Part shown: positions 27,554-35,690 of the stretch, piece after piece | How positions within the stretch are numbered: position 1 is the stretch's first letter | Layout: each line of letters begins with the position of its first letter | DNA from: an uncultured Rickettsiales bacterium | Lineage (GTDB): Bacteria > Pseudomonadota > Alphaproteobacteria > Rickettsiales > JALZUV01 | Direction of reading: 5' to 3' | DNA: 64,000 nucleotides | Assembly: GCA_964654855.1 (NCBI GenBank) | Contig: CAZZJS010000001.1 | Span: 17,772-81,771, forward strand | Position numbers and translations under genes: made by a program | Notes under the pieces: generated by a model | The model's input: only the letters and a program-made list of their open reading frames with translations | Told to the model about the DNA's origin: nothing | Database searches by the model: none

Positions 27554-27829
27554 TTACGGGCAAAAAGGAGGAGGATTCGGAGGGACGCAATTATCGGATA
27601 GAAAACCCATACTTAACGCTTGTTTAGAGGAGAGTACGACCATGGCAGCTCCTCCAGCAGCGGAGTATTTCGTTAGAGCTTTAATGGCTTCACGACGATC
27701 AATCTCATCATCATCGTCAATACCATGCTCTGCCTCAAAATCTGTAGACTCAACCTCGTCATGAAGTGTTTCTTCTATCGGCTCTTCTGCCGATTCAGAA
27801 TCTGAGATGTTATCGTTCATATTGGTCAT
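27554..27829 (-). CDS. Small acidic protein with internal Tat-like RR motif and Cys/Pro-rich C-terminus
   Basis: 91-aa ORF with GAGGA 10 nt upstream of the ATG. It ends 16 nt upstream of the next gene in the same orientation. The sequence reads ...DRREAIKALTKYSAAGGAAMVVLSSKQALS-MGFLSDNCVPPNPPPFCP. Confidence 0.5.
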   Translation of the reverse strand: MTNMNDNISDSESAEEPIEETLHDEVESTDFEAEHGIDDDDEIDRREAIKALTKYSAAGGAAMVVLSSKQALSMGFLSDNCVPPNPPPFCP

Positions 27830-27911
27830 GTGGATGGAATCCTCAAAATAGCCTTACCTTGATACTAGTTTAGCAGCTTCGGGGGTAATGCGTCAAATTG
27901 CAAAAAAGAGA

Positions 27912-30650
27912 CTATAAGGGTTGAGAAAACTTAAGATATTGATTGGGGGTAATAGATTCTATCGTTTGCGGCATTGCTTCGCCACACCAATGAAGATCCA
28001 GTGTAATATCATGCGGTTCTTCAGCGCCTAATCCAAAGAAAAGTCGAGGGTCATTCTGTGCGTTTAACCCATTTGAAGCAAGCCTGTAGCGAGTTTGTAT
28101 TTTTGGCGCCCCATTCACTCGATAAGATAGGGTTGCCTTGGTACCTATAGCATCACGGTTGCATGTTTTTCCATCACCTTTCAAATCCAAGCTCAACCAG
28201 TAAGAATCGCTAACAGATTCATTTTGGTAGAATGATGGGGGGGCGGTCATGCGAGTAACGATCGTATCTAAATCACCATCATTATCAAAATCAGCGAGAG
28301 CTACGGCTTTCGTATTATCTAGCTTCTCCCAGCCGGTGGAATCCGCAACATCCTCAAATTGCGCCTGCCCATTATTCAGCCAGACGCGCTTACGTTCTTG
28401 CGGATAAAGGCACTCGCCGCGCATATCCGGCCAATTATTTGCATAGCCATGCGTATCAGCGGGGGTGAACTCTATCTGAAACATTTTATACACATAATCT
28501 TCACATGCTTTGCTAGGGCTTTGGTCATAGGATTGGTCAATCCAGCCATTCATTTGTAGCAGATCCAAGGTGCCGTCGCGGTTAACATCACCTACCGCAG
28601 CGCCCCAGCCGAAACGATCATGGTTGAAAAGGTTGGAAGCAAAGGCTTGATCAACAAAATTTGCAGCATCGGGGGTAAGGTTTCCTTGGTTCATCCAGAG
28701 CATAGAGCCTTCAGGCACTTCTTTTTTATGCATGTTAGAAACGTAGATATCTTCAAACCCATCGGCATTAAAGTCAGCAAAGGAGGCATTCATTCCACGA
28801 TAAGTATCGTTGCCCAGTTGATGTTTTTTCCATCCGCTAACTTCTGAAAACCGTTCGCCTTTAATATTTAAGAGTAACTTATCAGGGCCGGCTGTATTGG
28901 CAAAATAAAGATCCATCCAGCCATCATTGTTCACATCACCTGCGCCAATATCCAAGGTCCAGCGGGTTTCATCTTCGATACCCCACGGTGCATTATTTTG
29001 TATTTCGTAGCGATCACCTTGGTTAATGAAAATACGATTTTCGCCGCCATTGCGGGCATCAAATGGATTGCGGCGCATAATATTAAGTGGGCGGTTATCT
29101 TCTGCATTTTCAGCTTTGGGAAGGTTAAATAAATTAAGCGGGGTAGGTTCCTCATAACTTGCATGATGGCGAGCGAGTGTGCCGCCCATAATGATATCCA
29201 ACTTACCATCGCGGTTGATATCAAGCACGTTTGCCGTCGCGCTATTCATATAATGATCTAGCCCTTTGGCTTTGGTGATATCAATAAAATCGAGCTGGCC
29301 AGTTTCTGATAGAGTATTTTGTAACAGCAATGGTGTGCCGCCATAACGGGTGAGAAGGAGGTCTTGGTCGCCATCATTATCTTCATCAAACCAGAGTACA
29401 TCCATCGCGACTCCTTCTGACTTTGCGTGATTTCGTAATCTATTGAGTGTACGAATTGGGTGTTTCGTAAATTTGAAATTCCCTTGATTTAAATAAAGTT
29501 GAGTACGATCCTCAGCGCGTTTAAGCGGTAAAGTAAGGAAGATATCAGGTAAACCATCTTGGTTCACGTCACTCACCGCTACTGCATCTCCCATGGAGAA
29601 AAACCATTTTGCGACATGCTGAATCCGTTGATCTGCTTGTTCTAATGTATCGCCTTTTTGAGCGCTAATGCCAGCCGATTGAGCCGTTATTTCTTTCAAA
29701 TGAAAATCAGATTTAGGAAGGAAGGTGTTTGATGAGCTATTGGCAAGTAACTGGTAAAAAGCGATGCTCAATAATGTTATTAACCCAATAGTAAGTGCAG
29801 GTTTTGTTTTGGTTGAAAGGCGTTCGGGAATGGTTTTCAAATCCATCTTCTGCTGCAACCAAATCCAGCGCAGAGCGAAATAAGTAATGCCTGCGTAAAA
29901 GAGGGTGAAGGTGAGTTGCGCCAAATGGAACAGAAAGTCGAAACCGACAATGGCGGCGGCCATACCGACTTGCCCTTTCCAATGTGATGGAGAAGTTTTT
30001 GGGTCAGTCAGCATGAAGTAGGTGAACAGATAAAAGGCAGGATTGCGCAATACGCCATCAATCAGCGCGAGCGGCGGGATGGCGGTATCTAGCACAAAAG
30101 TGCGTAAGTAAAGCTGTATGCCGTAAAAGATCAAGAAGCTGCAGGTGAGCACTAAGCGTGAAACATTGAAGAGGAATACGCTTAAAGCGGTGATGGTGAA
30201 AAAAAATGCCATGACCGCTTGTCCACCCCATTGTGCAGCAGAGGCCGGGCTAATTAATCCATCGGTGATGAGTAAGCATGCAACCAGTCCAAACATACCG
30301 GGGTTGAAGATATGTTTGTCATTCGCGGTGATAAGATATTTAGAGCAAATAGCGATAAAAATGGGAATAGCACCGAGCAAAATAGTATGTGCAAAGTTGG
30401 TTAGAATTGAAAGACCAAGGCAGGTAATAACGGCACTCATCGGAAAGAGAATGCCTTGCCCCGGTCGTAAGATGCGATGCAAGATCATATCAGTGCTGAT
30501 GCCCACCAATAGGATGAAAAAAACCTGTTCAGGTGTTTTGTTAATGCCCAGTAGGCTGATGCCGATAATAAGGAAAATAGCGAGCAACCCAGCGACACGA
30601 ATACGCGGATCGTTCCAGCCATGATAATTATTCCAAGTGAGGTTAGCCAT
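27912..30650 (-). CDS. Fusion protein: RnfD/NqrB-like polytopic membrane domain + FG-GAP/VCBS beta-propeller + ASPIC/UnbV domain (CRTAC1 family)
   Basis: The N-terminal ~330 aa contain KHIFNPGMFG and MLTDPKTSP, which are RnfD/NqrB hallmarks. Seven D-x-N/D-x-D-G-x-x-D repeats follow (DVNQDGLPD, DEDNDGDQD, DINRDGKLD, DVNNDGWMD, DFNADGFED, DVNRDGTLD, DFDNDGDLD). The C-terminal NRDAIGTKATL...DPRLFFGLG is the ASPIC/UnbV motif. The ATG at 30650 is 1 nt after the lnt stop. Confidence 0.85.
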   Translation of the reverse strand: MANLTWNNYHGWNDPRIRVAGLLAIFLIIGISLLGINKTPEQVFFILLVGISTDMILHRILRPGQGILFPMSAVITCLGLSILTNFAHTILLGAIPIFIAICSKYLITANDKHIFNPGMFGLVACLLITDGLISPASAAQWGGQAVMAFFFTITALSVFLFNVSRLVLTCSFLIFYGIQLYLRTFVLDTAIPPLALIDGVLRNPAFYLFTYFMLTDPKTSPSHWKGQVGMAAAIVGFDFLFHLAQLTFTLFYAGITYFALRWIWLQQKMDLKTIPERLSTKTKPALTIGLITLLSIAFYQLLANSSSNTFLPKSDFHLKEITAQSAGISAQKGDTLEQADQRIQHVAKWFFSMGDAVAVSDVNQDGLPDIFLTLPLKRAEDRTQLYLNQGNFKFTKHPIRTLNRLRNHAKSEGVAMDVLWFDEDNDGDQDLLLTRYGGTPLLLQNTLSETGQLDFIDITKAKGLDHYMNSATANVLDINRDGKLDIIMGGTLARHHASYEEPTPLNLFNLPKAENAEDNRPLNIMRRNPFDARNGGENRIFINQGDRYEIQNNAPWGIEDETRWTLDIGAGDVNNDGWMDLYFANTAGPDKLLLNIKGERFSEVSGWKKHQLGNDTYRGMNASFADFNADGFEDIYVSNMHKKEVPEGSMLWMNQGNLTPDAANFVDQAFASNLFNHDRFGWGAAVGDVNRDGTLDLLQMNGWIDQSYDQSPSKACEDYVYKMFQIEFTPADTHGYANNWPDMRGECLYPQERKRVWLNNGQAQFEDVADSTGWEKLDNTKAVALADFDNDGDLDTIVTRMTAPPSFYQNESVSDSYWLSLDLKGDGKTCNRDAIGTKATLSYRVNGAPKIQTRYRLASNGLNAQNDPRLFFGLGAEEPHDITLDLHWCGEAMPQTIESITPNQYLKFSQPL

Positions 30651-30651
30651 G

Positions 30652-32223
30652 CTAGAAATGCTCGTTTTTGTGCAAAATAAAAGCAAACCCTAACAGTAAG
30701 AGCGCAAAGCTGAAGAAGCTAAAGAGTCCGTAGCGGCTATAGAAGGTTTGTTCATTTTGCACGATAGGAATGGCGATATCTTGAAAGCCCTTTTCATGCA
30801 GTCCGATAGAGGTGAGTAATGTGCCATAGCGATCATAAGCAGCGCTGATACCGCTATTTGCAGCACGAATGATGGGCACGCCTTGCTCCACGCCGCGCAT
30901 ACGCGCCATATGTAAATGCTGATAAGGGCCAGCACTTTTGGCAAACCAACCATCATTGGTAATATTGACGAGTAGGTCGATAGGTTGATCAAAAAACGCA
31001 TGACGGCTGAAAATTGCCTCATAACAAATGAGCGAACCAATGTTTAACGAACTATCATCTAATGTAAGGAGCTTCTTTCCTTCGGCAGGCGTAAAATCTA
31101 ACTTTCCGGGGATCACTTTGCGAATGGGCAGAATGCTGCGAAAGGGTACATATTCGCCAAAAGGAACCAAATGGTGTTTATCGTAATATTGAACCTGCGC
31201 TTGGGAGGTAATAGCGGCAAGGCTATTCCATGCCTTATAGTTATCGCGGCTAGAGCCTTCGCCACGAATGGCACCTGTTAGGAGGGTTGTGTTAGGAGAT
31301 AGAAAGCTTGCCAACTTTGCAATCCACTCACTGTCTTTATCTAAATAGTAAGGGAAACTGGATTCTGGCCAGATGACAAGATTTAGTGGTTGCTCACTCG
31401 GCATTTGTGTCATGCTTGTGTAGTCGGTGAATGCCTGTTTTTTGTTCCAATTGCGTTCTTTGGCGACATTACCCTGAACCAATCTGGCTTGCAGATGTTT
31501 TGAATTTTGAGGGAGATCAGAAATGCGCAGGTGGCTCCAACCGCAAATCGCTAGAAGAAGGCAGATGCTGACGCCCACTAAAGCATAACGATACTTCGTT
31601 TGATAGGCTAAGAGAGCGGGTAGGGTGGCGAATAAAACGGTGAGTAAGTTTAGCCCGTAAATGCCAATAAGCGATGCAGGTTGCAGGAATATCTGATTGA
31701 TGGAAAGGCTGTAGCCGATGGCATTCCAAGGAAAGCCTGTGAAAAGATAACTACGTGCGACTTCCCATAAGGCAAAAAGAATCGCAAATAAAAGGATGCG
31801 TGAGCTGATTGCAGAGAAGCGGAATCGTTGCTTAATCAGATGGTAGGTTAGGCTAACTAAACCCCAATAGATGGATAAAATGGAAGAGAGGCCGAGCGTA
31901 GCAAAAGGGATCATCCAAGCGAATCGGGTGGAATCAACGAGGAGAGATAAAGCGATCCAATAAGTGCTGGAAAGGAAAAACCCTAGCCCGAAAAACCAAC
32001 CTGTAAGGAATGCTACCTTCTTCTGTTTCGTATGGTCAGCTAAGATGAATAAAATACCAAAGACTGGGATAAGCAATAGGGTGAAGAAAAAAGGGGCGAG
32101 CGTAAGCATAGCGCCGACACCTATCAATAATAAAAGCAAATAGCGCTTCCAGCTAGATAGGTTAGCGAGCCATTTCAACTTTTGGTTAAGCGGCATCTTC
32201 TCCGTAGCTACCATAATAGCCAT
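30652..32223 (-). CDS. lnt: Apolipoprotein N-acyltransferase
   Basis: Multi-TM N-terminal half plus a CN-hydrolase domain with the Glu/Lys/Cys triad contexts WPESSFPY, YDKHHLVPFGEYVP and SLICYEAIF. The start is uncertain (32223 or 32196); both overlap the wzc 3' end. Confidence 0.85.
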   Translation of the reverse strand: MAIMVATEKMPLNQKLKWLANLSSWKRYLLLLLIGVGAMLTLAPFFFTLLLIPVFGILFILADHTKQKKVAFLTGWFFGLGFFLSSTYWIALSLLVDSTRFAWMIPFATLGLSSILSIYWGLVSLTYHLIKQRFRFSAISSRILLFAILFALWEVARSYLFTGFPWNAIGYSLSINQIFLQPASLIGIYGLNLLTVLFATLPALLAYQTKYRYALVGVSICLLLAICGWSHLRISDLPQNSKHLQARLVQGNVAKERNWNKKQAFTDYTSMTQMPSEQPLNLVIWPESSFPYYLDKDSEWIAKLASFLSPNTTLLTGAIRGEGSSRDNYKAWNSLAAITSQAQVQYYDKHHLVPFGEYVPFRSILPIRKVIPGKLDFTPAEGKKLLTLDDSSLNIGSLICYEAIFSRHAFFDQPIDLLVNITNDGWFAKSAGPYQHLHMARMRGVEQGVPIIRAANSGISAAYDRYGTLLTSIGLHEKGFQDIAIPIVQNEQTFYSRYGLFSFFSFALLLLGFAFILHKNEHF

Positions 32224-34435
32224 AATAACCGTAAAGATTGAGCGCTTCCAGATCGACTTGAGTTAATAAAGAGCCTGCGATTTTATCGGCCACTTCGGGC
32301 GATCGTGTGAGCGCATTATTGATCATATTTTGGTTTGTTTTGCCCCAGTGAGCGAGGAAAATGAAACTATCAATCGAGTCAGCCATCGCGCGTGCATCTG
32401 CAATATTCATAATAGCAGGTAGATCGATGAGAATGATGTCAAAATTAGGCCGAAGCTTAGCGATTAATTCGCCCATTTGGCCAGAACCGATAAGGTTTAG
32501 GTTCGTTGTCGGAGTTTTGCTACCTTTAGCTGGAATAAAAGAAAGGTTTGGCGTGCCGGTTTTATGGCAAATATTATCGATTGCGCTCTCACACTCTTTT
32601 GGACTCAAGCCTTCCATTTCGTAAGCTAGTTCGTAAAAGCCTGTTTCAGCCTTTGGGTAGAGCAATTGAGTTAAGCTTGGGCGACGAAAATCGCAATCAA
32701 TCAATGCCACTTTTGCTCCCGTTTTCGCAAGATGCTTTGCGAGGAAACAAGAGGTGGTTGATTTACCTTCTCCAGGGTTTGCAGAAACAAGCGAAACAGA
32801 TTTGTGTGTTTCATTGGGTGCGCTGAACTTAATGGCCAATTGTGTTGTCCGCATGACTTCAGAGAGAGAGCTAGTCTGCTGGCCTAGCATTTCAGTTATT
32901 TTCTCAAATACGTCTTCCTGAAAGCCTTTCGTAGTCTTTTTATCGCGTGATTTTTTTTTCTTATTGGCTTGTTCTGTTAAGAAATCGACTTGAGTAATCA
33001 TTCCAAGGCAGGTGCGATTTGTTGCTTCTTCAAGCTCCTCTGCTTTACGAATATAGCTATCAAGGCGTTCGCGTAAAAAGACAAGCCCCACACCCAGTAA
33101 AGCACCAAAGACTGAAGATAAAATGAGAATAAGTGGTTTATTTGGCCAACTCGCATCCATAGGCAAGGTCGCATAACTAATTACTCGTCCTTGTATAAAA
33201 GGTGCAGATTGTCGTTGAACTTGCTCGTTCAAGTTATTGAGAAGATTTGTATAGAGATCTTGTAAAGAATTGGCTCCACGCTGTAACTCGCGCAGTTCAA
33301 TTTGATCATGTTGGTCGGTGAAGGAGTTGTCGCTGACAGCTGACAACTCCTCTTGCAATTTCTTCTGTTTTGAAAGTGCAATTTTATACTCATTCTCAAA
33401 CCCTTGAACGATGCGCGTATGTTCTTCTCTCATCAAGTTTTGAATGTCATTGATTTGTTGCTCAAGTGTCGTATAGGCTTGGTGCTTTGTGCCTTGGCCA
33501 CGCCTAATTTTTGCAGATCGTTGTGTTAGATCAATATATTGATTTCGCAAATTATTGAGCACTTTATTCTCAGTAGAGTTGCTGATGATTTTTTCAGAGC
33601 TACCTTCATCTAGAAGACTTTTTAAGTTCTCGTAACGTGCTTTAGCTTGTGCTGTATCAGTGCGAGCAATGATTAAGTTCGTATTTAATTCAGAAAGTTG
33701 TTGTTCATTAATGCTCTCTCGGCGAGGGCTATTAACAATATTTTTAGTTGATTTATACTCGTGAACTTTTTGTTCAGCGACGTTGAGGTCCTCACGTAAT
33801 TTTTCAACTCCCTCAGAAAGCCACTGATTGATCCGTTGTGAAGCCTCATACTGCGTTACAAGCTCTTGCTCTAAATAAACGTCAGCAATAATGTTGGCGA
33901 GGTCTTTCGCTTTTTTTCTGCTATCTGCAGTATAGCTAATATCTAGCACATAGGTGCGCTTGACACGTTTAACATCTAATCCATCTCTAAATTTCTGGAA
34001 GGCCTCTTTTCGGATTGTTTCTTTTTCAAGCTGTTTTGCTTGCTCCGCATTGCCGAATAAAGCTCCTCTAAAGGAGTGTAGAAGTTCATTACGGGGTTGT
34101 TCAAGATTTTGGTATATACTCGCTTTCTCAGCTACTTTTTCGAGCATTCTGCTGGAATGCATAACTTCGATTTGGCTATCAAGGATCAAATTTTCACGAA
34201 AATTCATCATCTGCAGTAAGCGATTAGGCATGACTGCTGATTGGCGCGGATCGATGAGGAGCGAGGTGGTAGCCGTATAAAGTGGCACTGAAACGGTAAT
34301 GTAGAGGAAACCCAGCATAAAGCAGGTAACGCTGCATAAGACGATCAGTTTGCGATGGCGCTGTAAGGCAGCGACGAACTCTCTAATATAGAGCATAGCA
34401 TCGAACTGCTGCTGCGTATCCAGATTATTCTGCAT
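32186..34435 (-). CDS. wzc: Polysaccharide co-polymerase / BY-family tyrosine autokinase (Wzc/GumC-like), copy 1
   Basis: Wzz-type N-terminus with a TM segment, then a long coiled-coil periplasmic region and a second TM segment. The kinase has Walker A SANPGEGKST, CDFRRPSL and Walker B-like IILIDLP. The tail is Tyr-rich (YGYYGYYGSYG). Confidence 0.9.
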   Translation of the reverse strand: MQNNLDTQQQFDAMLYIREFVAALQRHRKLIVLCSVTCFMLGFLYITVSVPLYTATTSLLIDPRQSAVMPNRLLQMMNFRENLILDSQIEVMHSSRMLEKVAEKASIYQNLEQPRNELLHSFRGALFGNAEQAKQLEKETIRKEAFQKFRDGLDVKRVKRTYVLDISYTADSRKKAKDLANIIADVYLEQELVTQYEASQRINQWLSEGVEKLREDLNVAEQKVHEYKSTKNIVNSPRRESINEQQLSELNTNLIIARTDTAQAKARYENLKSLLDEGSSEKIISNSTENKVLNNLRNQYIDLTQRSAKIRRGQGTKHQAYTTLEQQINDIQNLMREEHTRIVQGFENEYKIALSKQKKLQEELSAVSDNSFTDQHDQIELRELQRGANSLQDLYTNLLNNLNEQVQRQSAPFIQGRVISYATLPMDASWPNKPLILILSSVFGALLGVGLVFLRERLDSYIRKAEELEEATNRTCLGMITQVDFLTEQANKKKKSRDKKTTKGFQEDVFEKITEMLGQQTSSLSEVMRTTQLAIKFSAPNETHKSVSLVSANPGEGKSTTSCFLAKHLAKTGAKVALIDCDFRRPSLTQLLYPKAETGFYELAYEMEGLSPKECESAIDNICHKTGTPNLSFIPAKGSKTPTTNLNLIGSGQMGELIAKLRPNFDIILIDLPAIMNIADARAMADSIDSFIFLAHWGKTNQNMINNALTRSPEVADKIAGSLLTQVDLEALNLYGYYGYYGSYGEDAA

Positions 34436-34565
34436 GAGTGGAATAGACCGCCTTATACTCTTTATTCACCTCTATCGACAATAGATGAAACTCTTAGCGA
34501 TGGAAAGGAAGCAATACAATGAAAAAGAATGGCGGGGATAAGAGTTCTGGTGCGTGGCAGAATGA

Positions 34566-35690
34566 TTACCTAAAACGCTGAATCCGGTCTTTATGAAAGG
34601 TAAAAAAATGTTGCCACCCTCTTAGGGTCGTTATTTTTTTTAGGTAATGCTTTCGTTTTTGTGGGTTGGTAAAGAACTGAATGAGGTATCTTTTAAGCCA
34701 AATAAAGCTATCAAAGTATTTTTGTTGAGTGGGGCGACCAAAATTATGTAACGCTTTTTTTGCCCATGTGTTTTTTTCAATGGCGCTTGTCTCTACAAAA
34801 AGGCTTTCTGTTAGAGTATCCAAGCTATCTAAAAGGTCATTCAAATGATGTTTTTCGAATATCTCAGCCGTTTTATTGCGAGTTTTTTGGTCTAATTTTT
34901 TATTAAAATAAAAATGATCGACGCAATGACGCAGGTTTAACAGCTTGCGTCCATAATATTGAGATTCAAGTTGGCAATGAATTAAATGATGCGTGAAGCG
35001 GTCTTGAGGAGAGGGAATAAAAATACCTTCAAAGTGAGCGGAAATTGCATTTCTAAATATATGTGCTGCAGGTAATATTGCATCAGAGTTTTGATCGCCA
35101 ATGCGTTTATGGAGTTCAATACGGAAGGGTAGTTCCCCGCCTTCAATTCCAGGGATATGGTGGTGCTGTTCGAATAATATTTGATCTTTCGTATTGAGGG
35201 ATCCTCCTCTGGCAAGTAGTAGCTCGATTGCACTGTCAATTTGGTTCTCAGGAATCAATATATCTAAATCGCTAAGGAGGCGGTGCGAAGGATCATCATA
35301 ATAAGGAGTTATCATTTCGGCAGCACCTTTGAGGGCAACCGCATTAATACTTTTTTCTTTAAATAATAATCCAAGCGTTTCTAGCTCGTGTTTCGCAGTT
35401 TGGTTGCGTTTTTTATTCTCAGAATGAATAAGTGAAAAATAAAGAAATAAATCCTCTGGAATAAATTCCTGTAACTCAGGGTATTTAGTAAAAGCGGAGC
35501 GGATTAAAGTATGGACTTGGTTGTCGTTTGCTATTTTTGCGAGATGCTGAGGGTCGCTATTTTTAAGGTCATCTTTTAAGTAAGGCGAAAATGTGCCGCC
35601 TATTGCTGCGGATGTAAGGCCAATAACTGCGCGATGAGCGGGCGAGTTGCAAAAAGAATCTAGCAGGCTTATGTGGTGAGTTTTAGGCAT
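34566..35690 (-). CDS. Nucleotidyltransferase family protein (uncharacterised NTP_transf_5 type)
   Basis: ALKGAAEMITPYYDDPSHRLLSDLDILIPE matches the LKG...R.x.DxDxLV signature of this family. It overlaps the upstream kinase gene by 22 nt. Confidence 0.7.
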   Translation of the reverse strand: MPKTHHISLLDSFCNSPAHRAVIGLTSAAIGGTFSPYLKDDLKNSDPQHLAKIANDNQVHTLIRSAFTKYPELQEFIPEDLFLYFSLIHSENKKRNQTAKHELETLGLLFKEKSINAVALKGAAEMITPYYDDPSHRLLSDLDILIPENQIDSAIELLLARGGSLNTKDQILFEQHHHIPGIEGGELPFRIELHKRIGDQNSDAILPAAHIFRNAISAHFEGIFIPSPQDRFTHHLIHCQLESQYYGRKLLNLRHCVDHFYFNKKLDQKTRNKTAEIFEKHHLNDLLDSLDTLTESLFVETSAIEKNTWAKKALHNFGRPTQQKYFDSFIWLKRYLIQFFTNPQKRKHYLKKITTLRGWQHFFTFHKDRIQRFR

